DNA from: a virus
Lineage: Duplodnaviria; Caudoviricetes
IMG/VR virus record: IMGVR_UViG_3300049596_000421
Span: 1-60,161 of that record
DNA: 60,161 nt
Strand: one strand, 5' to 3'
Under the pieces are notes generated by a model. The model did no database searches and had not been told where the DNA came from. It saw only the letters and a list, made by a program, of their open reading frames with translations. This document shows positions 30,851 through 40,482 of the stretch, in pieces. Every line of letters begins with the position of its first letter. Within the stretch, counting starts at the first letter, position 1. The position numbers and the translations under genes are program-made.

Positions 30851-32626
30851 TTAACCTCGATTGTTTATTCTATTCATAATATCTGAGATGAAATCACCCT
30901 TTTCATCTATGTTGTCACCCATTACGGTTCCAATGTTTTGTTTCTTTTGATTTACCATATCATAGATGATTCCTTCTATTGAGTTATCAAATATTGGGTA
31001 GTAAACCGATACTGAATTTTTTTGTCCGTATCTATATGCTCTATCTTCCGCTTGAGCCAAATCACCCGGAACAAATGATAAGTCATTAATGATTACTGCC
31101 TCTGCGGCGGTTAATGTGATTCCCACACCGGCTGCTTTAACATTCCCAACAAATACTTTAATCTTTTCATTATCTTGAAATTGGTCAACAGCATATTGTC
31201 GTTGAGGTTTTGATGTTGAACCATCTAATCTCACAGCTTGTTTCCCAAAATGGTCGGCAATTCTGTTTAATGTTTCAGTAAAGTTGGTAAAGATAATAAC
31301 TTTTTTGTCTTGTTCCAAAATATTTTCAGCTAATTCTATCGTATCTTTGATTTTTTCTTCGGCAATCACTTGACGAACCTTCATTAACTTACTGAATTGA
31401 ACTGTTAAAGATGTTGATTCGTCCGGATTCTTATTATACCAATCATAGTATTCACCCATCAATCCTTCGTAAAGTTTTGACTTTAATCTTAGATAGACAG
31501 GTGTAATAATTTTCTCGGGTAAATCTAAGACTTCAGTTTTTAATCTTCTTAAAACTTGTCGAGATGTTCTATCTCTTAACTCTTCCAAATTTGATGCTCC
31601 GGTAACATTCCATATCTTACGAGTTCCTGCTGTAAATTGATAACCTTGACAATATCTAATAGCGTAAGCCATCCAATTTTGAGAAACCGGACTTTCAATT
31701 AATGATAATAAATTGAAATAGTTCATTGGTCGGTTAGTCATTGGTGTTCCCGTTAATAACCATACTCTCTCACATTTTTTAGAGAAACTATTAACCAATT
31801 TTGTTCTCGCCGCTTGTCCATTACTAACATAGTGTGCCTCATCCAAAATAATTAAATCAAAATTTCCTTGGGTTATTAAGGAGTTTTCTTTATCTTTTAA
31901 GTCGTAAAAGTTTTTAAGAATATCGTAATTAACAATTACAAAATCGTGTTCTATTGAGAAATTTTTACCTTCAGAAATATAAACACTCCTATCGGTATAG
32001 TTCTCAATCTCTCTTTGCCAGTTAATCTTTAACGATGCCGGACAAACAATCAATATTTTCTTTGCACCGGTTTCTAATGCCGCTATAATAGTTGCGGTGG
32101 TTTTACCTAATCCCATATCATCGGCAAGAATAAACCTTTTAGACCCGGCAAGTTTTTCAATTGCCTCTTTTTGATGTTCCAATGGTGGACGATTAGAGTA
32201 TTTTGAATAATCCACAACAATATTCTTAATTGTGTGTGTTTTAATCAAAGCACCTTTTGGTAGCCAAAAATCGTGGATAGTTTCAGAATCTAATACTTTT
32301 CCCCAAACGTGGTAGGATTTTTCTTTCTCAACTAATAGCTTTTCCACCCATACCTGTTCGGGGATTTTAAGTAATAATTTTTCATCAGCAATTTTTTTGG
32401 CAAAGTAGGGGTCTAAATCAACCCATCGTTTGGCTACCTTAGGTGTAACTTCGTAATAATTTATAATGTAATCACATTGAGCTCTTGTAGGAAAAAATCT
32501 TTTGTTAGTTTCCTTTTGATGTTTTAATTTTAGGATATAGTTATTCGCCCCCTGATAAGTTTCAAGGAGAGATATTGCTCGTTGTTCTATTGTTAAATTA
32601 GAATTTTCAGATGTATTGTTTTCCAA
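30851..32626 (-). CDS. SNF2-family (SMARCAL1/HARP-like) helicase/translocase
   Basis: ILADDMGLGKT, CPASL, DEAH, LTGTP, RRLKTEVL and GVGITLT...QAEDRAYRYGQ; likely TTG start at 32626, since the longer start overlaps the promoter. Confidence 0.9.
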   Translation of the reverse strand: MENNTSENSNLTIEQRAISLLETYQGANNYILKLKHQKETNKRFFPTRAQCDYIINYYEVTPKVAKRWVDLDPYFAKKIADEKLLLKIPEQVWVEKLLVEKEKSYHVWGKVLDSETIHDFWLPKGALIKTHTIKNIVVDYSKYSNRPPLEHQKEAIEKLAGSKRFILADDMGLGKTTATIIAALETGAKKILIVCPASLKINWQREIENYTDRSVYISEGKNFSIEHDFVIVNYDILKNFYDLKDKENSLITQGNFDLIILDEAHYVSNGQAARTKLVNSFSKKCERVWLLTGTPMTNRPMNYFNLLSLIESPVSQNWMAYAIRYCQGYQFTAGTRKIWNVTGASNLEELRDRTSRQVLRRLKTEVLDLPEKIITPVYLRLKSKLYEGLMGEYYDWYNKNPDESTSLTVQFSKLMKVRQVIAEEKIKDTIELAENILEQDKKVIIFTNFTETLNRIADHFGKQAVRLDGSTSKPQRQYAVDQFQDNEKIKVFVGNVKAAGVGITLTAAEAVIINDLSFVPGDLAQAEDRAYRYGQKNSVSVYYPIFDNSIEGIIYDMVNQKKQNIGTVMGDNIDEKGDFISDIMNRINNRG

Positions 32627-32644
32627 ATTTAATCTTTTAATAGA

Positions 32645-32673
32645 AATATAACACATTTTATAATATTTATCAA
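32645..32673 (-). promoter_or_regulatory. Sigma70-like promoter for the SNF2 gene (TTGATA-N17-TATATT, extended TG), overlapping a divergent TATTTAT motif
   Basis: Minus strand TTGATA 32673-32668 and TATATT 32650-32645; plus-strand TATTTAT at 32664-32670 precedes the ATG at 32675. Confidence 0.55.
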
Positions 32674-32674
32674 T

Positions 32675-33187
32675 ATGAATAATAAAGTACCAATTACAAG
32701 GATAGGTAAGTTCTTCGGAGCGGAGGATTTCAAGTTAGAACAGGACTTCGGAACCGAATGGTTACACGGGGATATGAACTTTACATTAGTTTTATATCGT
32801 GTAGATAGATATAAAACAAAAGCCGACGACGTGTATGGAGAAACATCTGTTGATGGTATTAAATTTTTACCACCGGTTGAATTCAAAGGGTATGTTCAAA
32901 TTATGGCACCCGAGAACAAATATTTAGGTACTTCTAAAATTGACCAAATGGAACCGGGTAACCTTAAAGTGTCGGTTTATCAAAGAGATTTGGATAGTTT
33001 AGAGGTGGAAATTAGTTATGGTGATTACATTGGATACTACGAAACAGAAGATAAAGTAAGGTATTATACGGTTAATAACGATGGAAGGGTAACTTCTGAC
33101 AACAAACATACAATTGGGGGTTACAAACCGTTTTATAGAACTATTATGGCATCTCCGGTTACAAATAACGAATTTAGAGGTCTATAA
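32675..33187 (+). CDS. Head-closure / neck protein (T4 gp14-like)
   Basis: VLYRVD...DDVYGE...FLPPVEF and GDYI pattern; context among neck and tail genes. Confidence 0.55.
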   Translation: MNNKVPITRIGKFFGAEDFKLEQDFGTEWLHGDMNFTLVLYRVDRYKTKADDVYGETSVDGIKFLPPVEFKGYVQIMAPENKYLGTSKIDQMEPGNLKVSVYQRDLDSLEVEISYGDYIGYYETEDKVRYYTVNNDGRVTSDNKHTIGGYKPFYRTIMASPVTNNEFRGL

Positions 33188-33609
33188 TGAAAGTAGTAAT
33201 AACAGAAAATAGATTATTTAATTCAATCTACAAATATATTGATGAAACCTTTAACTCAAATGATATGGATTGGGTTTATGGTCTTGGTGTAGATGATGAT
33301 GGATATGTTGATATTGATATGGAAAATGAAAACTTTTTAATTTTCTTTAAAGGTGAGTGGGAAGGTGAAGAAGATTCTGATTCTGTTTTTCATTATTTTG
33401 ATGTTGACTACTATGATAAAAATGACCCTTCACATAAACCTTTTAGAGACAAATCACCAACTTTAGAAGTTTTGGGTGAGTATGGAAGACACTTAGACTC
33501 TATGTTTGATAACCATTGGCACGAACCAATGAAAAAATGGTTCCAAGATAATTTTCATTTACCGGTTAAAACATTATCAACATATTACAATTATGAAAAT
33601 TATAATTAA
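33187..33609 (+). CDS. Hypothetical acidic protein
   Basis: 140-aa ORF overlapping both neighbours; MKVVITEN leader. Confidence 0.7.
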   Translation: MKVVITENRLFNSIYKYIDETFNSNDMDWVYGLGVDDDGYVDIDMENENFLIFFKGEWEGEEDSDSVFHYFDVDYYDKNDPSHKPFRDKSPTLEVLGEYGRHLDSMFDNHWHEPMKKWFQDNFHLPVKTLSTYYNYENYN

Positions 33610-34039
33610 AGAAAATCAATATAAAAAATTATTAGAAACTGTTACCAATAATGAAGAAAAACAACATATTGGTGATAAAGTTATGGTTTATTATAATTTA
33701 CATAAACACACTTTTTCAGTAACCTATAACGGAAGAGTAATCACTCACGCCGACTATGTTAAATTGGTTGATGTTGAATTTAGAGTTAGACAAGGTGGAA
33801 GAGAAAAAGTTATAAACGACAAAAGAAAAAATGTTCATTCATTTGTTATTGGTTATTTAGTTGATTATTGTAGTTACCCTTGTAAAGATATACCAAGTGA
33901 ACCTAATAACAATATTGTGACTTATAACCCATATAAGTACAATTCATTTGTTATGAAAGATACTGAAGAACCAATATACCAAGCAAGTGTGGTACAAATG
34001 ATAAATTCAAGAAACAAAATATTTATAACAAAACAATAA
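33593..34039 (+). CDS. Conserved phage hypothetical protein
   Basis: VYYNLHK...FRVRQGGREKV...KRKNVHSFVIG, a pattern I recognise from phage hypothetical proteins; MKIIIKENQ leader. Confidence 0.7.
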   Translation: MKIIIKENQYKKLLETVTNNEEKQHIGDKVMVYYNLHKHTFSVTYNGRVITHADYVKLVDVEFRVRQGGREKVINDKRKNVHSFVIGYLVDYCSYPCKDIPSEPNNNIVTYNPYKYNSFVMKDTEEPIYQASVVQMINSRNKIFITKQ

Positions 34040-34040
34040 A

Positions 34041-35075
34041 ATGGGTTTACCAAGTAAAATAAAGAAAAATATACCATTAACGGAGTCCAAAACACTTCTA
34101 CCAAGAAGACACGAACTTTTGGATAAAATCAATAAAGACGGAACTTATCTTCCAAAATCTTTATTGCACGCTGACTTAGATAGAGGATTTTTAGATTTTG
34201 TTCGAGATGACTTAAAAGTTGTTGTTGAAGGTAAGACAATTCCTACAGTCGATATTTTAGTTACGACACAGAATTGGGCTCAATTTACGGAAACTTGGAA
34301 TTTTCAAAATATTGATAAAAATGTTGAACCTCCATTTATAACTGTTGTTAGAACACCTGAAGTTAAATTTGGTAGCAACCCCGCTCTTGTATACAATATT
34401 CCTAATAGACGACAATATTTTTATGCTCAAGTACCTACTTGGGATGGACAACGAAATGGGATGGATATTTACACAATACCCCAACCAGTACCGGTAGACA
34501 TTACTTATTCTGTTAAGATTATTTGTAATAGAATGAGAGAGTTAAATAAACTTAACCAAATCATTTTAGAAAAATTTGCATCGAGACAATCTTATGCGGT
34601 TATAAAGGGACATTATATTCCAATCGTTATGAATGGTATTACTGATGAGTCAGTATTTGATGTTGAAAAAAGAAAATATTATATCCAAACATATGATTTT
34701 ACTATGTTGGGGTTTTTAATTGATGAGGATGAATTTGAGGTTTCTCCAGCAATTACAAGAGTATTACAGGTTGTCGAGTTTGAAAAAAAGACAACAAGAC
34801 GTAATAAGAAAAAACCAATCGAGGAAGGTCCCGGAAGTCAGGCGTTGTTTTTAGTTGATAATACGACATTAACTCAAGTCTTTAATTATGTTGTTGATAT
34901 TAAGATTGGTGAAACAACTAATGTTTATTCATTTGACGTTTACATCAATGATGATTATTATGGGTCTGATTTGGATTTAATACAAATTAATTCAGGTGAT
35001 GTTTTAAGATTAGAAATTGTTAAAAACAATGAACTAATAGAATCAACAATTCAATTTATTGATAAGATATTTTAA
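34041..35075 (+). CDS. Tail terminator / sheath stabiliser (T4 gp15-like)
   Basis: PQPVPVDITYSVKII...LNQIILEKF resembles the gp15 core; located just upstream of the sheath gene. Confidence 0.55.
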   Translation: MGLPSKIKKNIPLTESKTLLPRRHELLDKINKDGTYLPKSLLHADLDRGFLDFVRDDLKVVVEGKTIPTVDILVTTQNWAQFTETWNFQNIDKNVEPPFITVVRTPEVKFGSNPALVYNIPNRRQYFYAQVPTWDGQRNGMDIYTIPQPVPVDITYSVKIICNRMRELNKLNQIILEKFASRQSYAVIKGHYIPIVMNGITDESVFDVEKRKYYIQTYDFTMLGFLIDEDEFEVSPAITRVLQVVEFEKKTTRRNKKKPIEEGPGSQALFLVDNTTLTQVFNYVVDIKIGETTNVYSFDVYINDDYYGSDLDLIQINSGDVLRLEIVKNNELIESTIQFIDKIF

Positions 35076-35236
35076 TCTTCACCATAGATGTCTTTTGTTG
35101 GTTTACATTTCTCAACAATTAGTCGTTCTAAAAAACGATACATTTTAATTCCCTTCTTATCACAGTAGGTTTTAAGAATCTCGTGTGTCTCCACCGATAT
35201 CTTTAAATTTTTAATCTTTTTAACGTCTTTATCCAT
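35072..35236 (-). CDS. Small ribbon-helix-helix-like DNA-binding protein (54 aa, absent from the ORF track)
   Basis: MDKDVKKIKNLKISVETHEILKTYCDKKGIKMYRFLERLIVEKCKPTKDIYGED; has its own minus-strand TATTTATA at 35272-35279. Confidence 0.65.
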   Translation of the reverse strand: MDKDVKKIKNLKISVETHEILKTYCDKKGIKMYRFLERLIVEKCKPTKDIYGED

Positions 35237-35315
35237 AAGTAGAAAAAAGGCAGAAAATAATCTCCCTAAAATATAAATAGTTGCTACGAAGTAAAGTATT
35301 TTGATTTTTTTTTAA

Positions 35316-35323
35316 TATTTATA
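35316..35323 (+). promoter_or_regulatory. TATTTATA motif upstream of the tail sheath gene
   Basis: 30 nt before the ATG at 35354. Confidence 0.55.
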
Positions 35324-35353
35324 TATAAATAAAATTATAAACAAGACAAACTA

Positions 35354-38300
35354 ATGGCAACAAACAGCAAAGTATTCGTATCTCCTGGGGTATATACTTC
35401 CGAAGTTGATTTAAGTTTCGTAGCACAGAGTGTGGGTGTAACCACATTAGGTATCGTAGGTGAGACACAAAAAGGTCCTGCTTTTGAACCAATCTTTATA
35501 CGTAACTTTGATGAATTTTCAACTTTTTTTGGAGGTACATCACCTGAAAAATTTATTAATACACAAATACCGAAGTATGAGGCTTCGTATATCGCAAAAT
35601 CTTATTTACAACAATCTAATCAGTTGTTTGTTACAAGAATTTTGGGATTGTCAGGATATGACGCGGGACCTTCTTGGTCTTTTAGAACAATAGCGAACGT
35701 AGATAAATCAACAGTCGATTTCGATTGTTCAGGTAGTACATATGATATACCAACGTGTTCAACAATTTGTACAGGCTATACTGAATATTTATTTACACTA
35801 CCTTTCACAGGATGTAATGACGATATAAGTTCAGTTGTATTTGGACCTATAGTTGGTGACCAATCTATTATAACTAACAAATTTAACGAAAGTTATCAAA
35901 ATTTTAATGGGACAACATCAACAATTGCATCTAATTTCCAACAACAAATTTTCAATGTTATTGTATCTTCAACAACTCTATCAACATCCGCAACATCATT
36001 ATATTGTTACGGAACAATATTAGGTAGTGATTATGACATATTATATTCAAGTGGTTTCAGTGGTGTTACTAATGTTTTTGGAGTAAATAACGTTGATTCA
36101 CATTTAGCTGATTACACAGCACCTGAAAATGACCCTTGGTATTACGCATTATTTGATAATAATAATGGTAGTTATTCGGGTAGTTCATATTCATCTATAA
36201 TTGGAACTCTTGTTCAAAGTTCATCATCATCAAATTGTGCGTCATTTACGTCATTTAATGTTAGTGGTGTAACAGGAAGTATAAACTACGATAATAATAC
36301 TATTAGTGTTGTTTTACCATATAACGCAACTTTTTCAGGAACAAATTTATCAACAGTTGTTGCAGGATTTGATGCTTGTTGTACGGGGGTAACGGTTAGT
36401 AGTGTTCCACAAGTAAGTGGTGTTACATCTAATAATTTTACAACACCAGTTAGTTATCTTTTAACACCAAATGATGGAATATCACAACCTGAGACTTGGA
36501 TAGTGTCAGTTACAATACAAAATCCTTGTAATCCAATTACATCAGGAAATACAGGTTCACAAAACACAGGAACAATTAAGACTTGTTATACAGGTAGTGT
36601 TGTAGGTAGTGTTTATGTTTATACAGGGACATCATACACTGATTTTGACGATTTAGTTATAGCAACTCTTCGTTCAAGAGGTATCGCAACATATGGTACA
36701 GATAGTGATGGTCCTGAGTATCAAGTTTCAGGATTAACTGATGTTACAATGAATTGTACCGGAGGATATTCAACTATTGGTAAAAACCCATATTCTGAAT
36801 TTGGATTAAACATAACTGATAAAGATAATAACACATTTTTCTTTGAAACATCATTTAGTGAGTCGGATTCTAAATACATATCTAAAGTGTTTGGTTCATC
36901 TAACTTTTCAAAACCAAGAACTACGGTTCCATTATTTGTTGAAGAAAGATTCCAAACATTATTAAACTATGGTTATAATAAAGGGTATATTAGAGGTATT
37001 AATTGTGATTTAATAGCGTTACCAAGAGCAAAAGGTAATAACCCATCAAGTATAGCGTTTTATTTAGAAAAATATCAAACACCTTCTTCTCCTTGGGTTG
37101 TTTCTGAAGTAAGAGGTAGTAAAGTATATAATTTATTTAGATTTACAACAATTTCTGATGGTGATGATGCAAATACCGAAGTTAAAATTTCTATCGCAAA
37201 TATGTCATTTGGTAATTTAACTTTTGATATTTTGGTTAGAGATTTTTACGATACAGATAATAATCCGGTAGTTATTGAGAAATTTACAAATTGTTCTATG
37301 AATCCTCAAGACAATTCGTTTATAGCACAAAAAATCGGAACAACTGATGGTGAATACGCATTAAACTCTAAATATATTATGGTTGAAATGAATGAGGACG
37401 CACCAATAGATGCGTTACCTTGTGGATTCCAAGGTTTTAATTTTAGAAGTTATGGAACATCCAAATCACCATTCCCAATATATAAAACTAATTATGATTA
37501 TCCTGGTGAAGTAGTGTTTGACCCTCCTTTTGGATTAAGTTCAGGAGGTAACTTGGTAACTCAAAGCCCTGGTGATAATGTTCGTAGAACTTATTTAGGG
37601 ATTTCAACAGGATACGGTGCGGGTTATGATTCAGATTTTTTCCAATATAAAGGAAAACAACTACCAGGAAATTTATGTAGAGACACTGAAGGTGCTAATT
37701 GGGCTTTCAGAACAAAAGGTTTCCATATGGATATTAACGCATCAACAATTGTTTACCCGGGAACATCTGTTCCGGAATTTTATGTTGGTTCAGCTCCGTT
37801 TACATCTGACCCTAGTAGTGAGGCAAGTCCTTATTACAGAATTTACTCACGTAAGTTCTCATTATTAGTTCAAGGTGGGTTTGACGGTTGGGATATTTAT
37901 AGAGAATCGAGAACTAATACCGACACATTTAAAGTGGGTAATAGAGGTTATTTAAACGGAGCTTGTTCGGATATTAAATATCCAACAGCTACAGGTTGGG
38001 GTTCATTTAAACAAATTACCGTTGGAAACAATAGTGTTGATTGGGGTAATACTGATTATTACGCTTATTTATTAGGACAACAAACATTTTCTAATCCTGA
38101 AGCAGTAAATATTAATTTATTTGTTACACCAGGTATTGATTATATAAATAACAGTAATCTAGTTGAAGATGCTATTGAAATGATTGAATTTAATAGAGCG
38201 GATTCGTTGTATATTTGTACAACACCTGATATTGATTTATTCACACCAACAGTTGATTTAGCAACTGATTTAATTTATCCACAAGAGTCTGTAAATGGAT

Positions 38301-38941
38301 TAGAAGATAGTGGTATTGACTCTAACTACACGGCAACTTACTACCCTTGGGTATTAACTAGAGATAGTGTTAATAATACACAAATCTACTTACCACCTAC
38401 GGCTGAGGTTACAAGAAACTTGGCGTTAACAGATAACATCGCATTCCCTTGGTTCGCGGCGGCAGGTTACACAAGAGGTATTGTAAACGCTATCAAAGCG
38501 AGAAAGAAACTTACTCAAGAAGATAGAGATACTCTTTACCAAGGACGTATCAATCCAATTGCTACTTTCTCTGATGTTGGAACGGTAATTTGGGGTAACA
38601 AAACTTTACAAGTTGCTCAATCTGCTCTTGATAGAATAAATGTTAGAAGATTATTACTTCAAGCTCGTAAATTGATTTCAGCGGTATCTGTAAGATTATT
38701 GTTTGAACAAAACGACCAAAAAGTAAGACAAGACTTCTTAGACGCGGTTAACCCTATCTTGGATGCTATCAGAAGAGACAGAGGTTTATATGATTTCCGA
38801 GTTACAGTATCGTCAGACGCTGCTGATTTAGACAGAAATCAAATGACAGGTAAGATTTATATCAAACCAACCAAATCGTTAGAATTTATAGACATTACGT
38901 TCTATATAACTCCAACCGGAGCTTCTTTCGAGAATATATAA
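35354..38941 (+). CDS. Tail sheath protein with a large insertion
   Basis: SPGVYTSEVDLS and GETQKGPAFEP at the N-terminus; PWFAAAGYTRG, RINPI, WGNKTLQ, LDRINVRRLL and IKPTKSLEFI at the C-terminus. Confidence 0.95.
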   Translation: MATNSKVFVSPGVYTSEVDLSFVAQSVGVTTLGIVGETQKGPAFEPIFIRNFDEFSTFFGGTSPEKFINTQIPKYEASYIAKSYLQQSNQLFVTRILGLSGYDAGPSWSFRTIANVDKSTVDFDCSGSTYDIPTCSTICTGYTEYLFTLPFTGCNDDISSVVFGPIVGDQSIITNKFNESYQNFNGTTSTIASNFQQQIFNVIVSSTTLSTSATSLYCYGTILGSDYDILYSSGFSGVTNVFGVNNVDSHLADYTAPENDPWYYALFDNNNGSYSGSSYSSIIGTLVQSSSSSNCASFTSFNVSGVTGSINYDNNTISVVLPYNATFSGTNLSTVVAGFDACCTGVTVSSVPQVSGVTSNNFTTPVSYLLTPNDGISQPETWIVSVTIQNPCNPITSGNTGSQNTGTIKTCYTGSVVGSVYVYTGTSYTDFDDLVIATLRSRGIATYGTDSDGPEYQVSGLTDVTMNCTGGYSTIGKNPYSEFGLNITDKDNNTFFFETSFSESDSKYISKVFGSSNFSKPRTTVPLFVEERFQTLLNYGYNKGYIRGINCDLIALPRAKGNNPSSIAFYLEKYQTPSSPWVVSEVRGSKVYNLFRFTTISDGDDANTEVKISIANMSFGNLTFDILVRDFYDTDNNPVVIEKFTNCSMNPQDNSFIAQKIGTTDGEYALNSKYIMVEMNEDAPIDALPCGFQGFNFRSYGTSKSPFPIYKTNYDYPGEVVFDPPFGLSSGGNLVTQSPGDNVRRTYLGISTGYGAGYDSDFFQYKGKQLPGNLCRDTEGANWAFRTKGFHMDINASTIVYPGTSVPEFYVGSAPFTSDPSSEASPYYRIYSRKFSLLVQGGFDGWDIYRESRTNTDTFKVGNRGYLNGACSDIKYPTATGWGSFKQITVGNNSVDWGNTDYYAYLLGQQTFSNPEAVNINLFVTPGIDYINNSNLVEDAIEMIEFNRADSLYICTTPDIDLFTPTVDLATDLIYPQESVNGLEDSGIDSNYTATYYPWVLTRDSVNNTQIYLPPTAEVTRNLALTDNIAFPWFAAAGYTRGIVNAIKARKKLTQEDRDTLYQGRINPIATFSDVGTVIWGNKTLQVAQSALDRINVRRLLLQARKLISAVSVRLLFEQNDQKVRQDFLDAVNPILDAIRRDRGLYDFRVTVSSDAADLDRNQMTGKIYIKPTKSLEFIDITFYITPTGASFENI

Positions 38942-38949
38942 TAAATAAA

Positions 38950-38980
38950 ATTATGACTCATCGTAATGGTGAGTCATAAT
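38950..38980. other. Long intergenic hairpin after the sheath gene
   Basis: attatgactcatc-gtaat-ggtgagtcataat; 13-bp stem with one G.U pair and no U-tract. Confidence 0.7.
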
Positions 38981-38998
38981 AAGCCTTAATATAAAGAT

Positions 38999-39817
38999 AT
39001 GTTAAAAAATGAAATAAATGAAGGTATTGACGAGTTTGGTGCCCCCGATGAGAAGTATTACGCATTTGATTGGGATGACAACATAGTATCAATGCCGACA
39101 AAGATTATCTTAAAAGATGAAGATGGTGATGAAGTAGGGATGTCTACTGAAGATTTTGCAACTTATAGAGAAGAAATTGGTAAGGAACCATTTGATTTTG
39201 ACGGACATACTATTGTTGGGTTTGGAGAAGAACCTTTCAGATATTTTGGTGTTAAAGGGGACAAACAATTTATTGTGGATTCTATGACAGCAAAACCTGG
39301 ACCGGCTTGGGAAGATTTTGTTGAGGCAATTAACAATGGTTCAATATTTTCAATAGTGACAGCTAGAGGACACACACCATCAATATTAAAAGAAGCTTGT
39401 TATAACTACATTGTGTCAAACATTAATGGTATTGACTCAAATGAGTTAGTTAAAAATTTAGAGAAATATCGTGATTTGGCGGATGAAGAAAACGTTTCTA
39501 AAAGAGAAATGATTAGAGAATATTTAGATTTATGTAAATTTTATCCTGTAAGTTACGGGGAAGGTTCTGCAACAAATCCGGAAGAAGGTAAAATCAAAGC
39601 ATTAAAAGAATTTGTTAATTATGTTAAGGAAATGTCACAACATATTCAAAAAAAGGCATTTTTAAAAAATAAAATAAATAATTACTTTGTCCCTAAGATA
39701 GGTTTTTCAGATGACGACTTAAAAAATGTGGATGTTGTAAAAAAACATTTTGAGCAAGACCCAGAGAATATAATTAAAACATATTCAACAGCTGGAGGAA
39801 TTAAAAAAGAATATTAA
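38999..39817 (+). CDS. HAD-superfamily protein (putative phosphatase/nucleotidase)
   Basis: YAFDWDDNI (motif I), IVTARGH (motif II), GFSDDD (motif IV). Confidence 0.7.
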   Translation: MLKNEINEGIDEFGAPDEKYYAFDWDDNIVSMPTKIILKDEDGDEVGMSTEDFATYREEIGKEPFDFDGHTIVGFGEEPFRYFGVKGDKQFIVDSMTAKPGPAWEDFVEAINNGSIFSIVTARGHTPSILKEACYNYIVSNINGIDSNELVKNLEKYRDLADEENVSKREMIREYLDLCKFYPVSYGEGSATNPEEGKIKALKEFVNYVKEMSQHIQKKAFLKNKINNYFVPKIGFSDDDLKNVDVVKKHFEQDPENIIKTYSTAGGIKKEY

Positions 39818-39891
39818 AATATTTATTATTAATAACTAATAAATAAAAAATAATTAAATAAACTATTAATATAAAAACTAGGATTTCTAGA

Positions 39892-39920
39892 ATGATAGAT
39901 TTTTTAATTCTAAAAGTCAA
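39892..39920 (-). promoter_or_regulatory. Sigma70-like promoter on the minus strand with no downstream ORF (TTGACT-N17-TATCAT)
   Basis: Minus strand TTGACT 39920-39915 and TATCAT 39897-39892. Confidence 0.5.
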
Positions 39921-39942
39921 GAGAAAAAAATTAAATAGGTTA

Positions 39943-39950
39943 TATTTATA
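39943..39950 (+). promoter_or_regulatory. TATTTATA motif upstream of the tail tube gene
   Basis: 42 nt before the ATG at 39993. Confidence 0.55.
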
Positions 39951-39992
39951 ATAAACAAGATAAAAAAATAAAAATTAAAAAACAAATAGAAA

Positions 39993-40481
39993 ATGGCTGA
40001 TTTATTAATGAAAATGCCCATACCGTATGAACCAAAAAGACAAAATAGGTTTATTGTACGATTCCCTTCTACATTAGGGATTAACGAATGGTTTGTAGAG
40101 TCGGCTGCTAGACCACATATCACTATTAAAGACGTTGAAATACCCTTTTTAAATACTTCAACATATGTTGCGGGTAGATTTACTTGGGGGACAATTAATG
40201 TTAAATTTAGAGACCCAATTGGACCTTCTGCGTCACAAGCTCTTATGGAGTGGGTTCGTTTATGTGCTGAGTCAGTTACAGGTCGTATGGGGTATGCTGC
40301 GGGATATAAGAAAAACATTGACCTTGAGATGTTAGACCCAACAGGGGTTGTTGTCGAAAAATGGATATTAGAAGGAACTTTTTTAAGTGATGTTAACTTT
40401 GATACTTTAGCTTATAGTTCAGACGCGTTGGCAACAATTTCAGCAACACTTCGTATGGATAGATGTGTATTAGTTTACTAA
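39993..40481 (+). CDS. Tail tube protein (T4 gp19-like)
   Basis: EPKRQNRF, YVAGRFTWGTINVKFRD, YKKNIDLEMLDPTGVVVEKWILEG, ISATLRMD. Confidence 0.9.
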   Translation: MADLLMKMPIPYEPKRQNRFIVRFPSTLGINEWFVESAARPHITIKDVEIPFLNTSTYVAGRFTWGTINVKFRDPIGPSASQALMEWVRLCAESVTGRMGYAAGYKKNIDLEMLDPTGVVVEKWILEGTFLSDVNFDTLAYSSDALATISATLRMDRCVLVY

Positions 40482-40482
40482 A

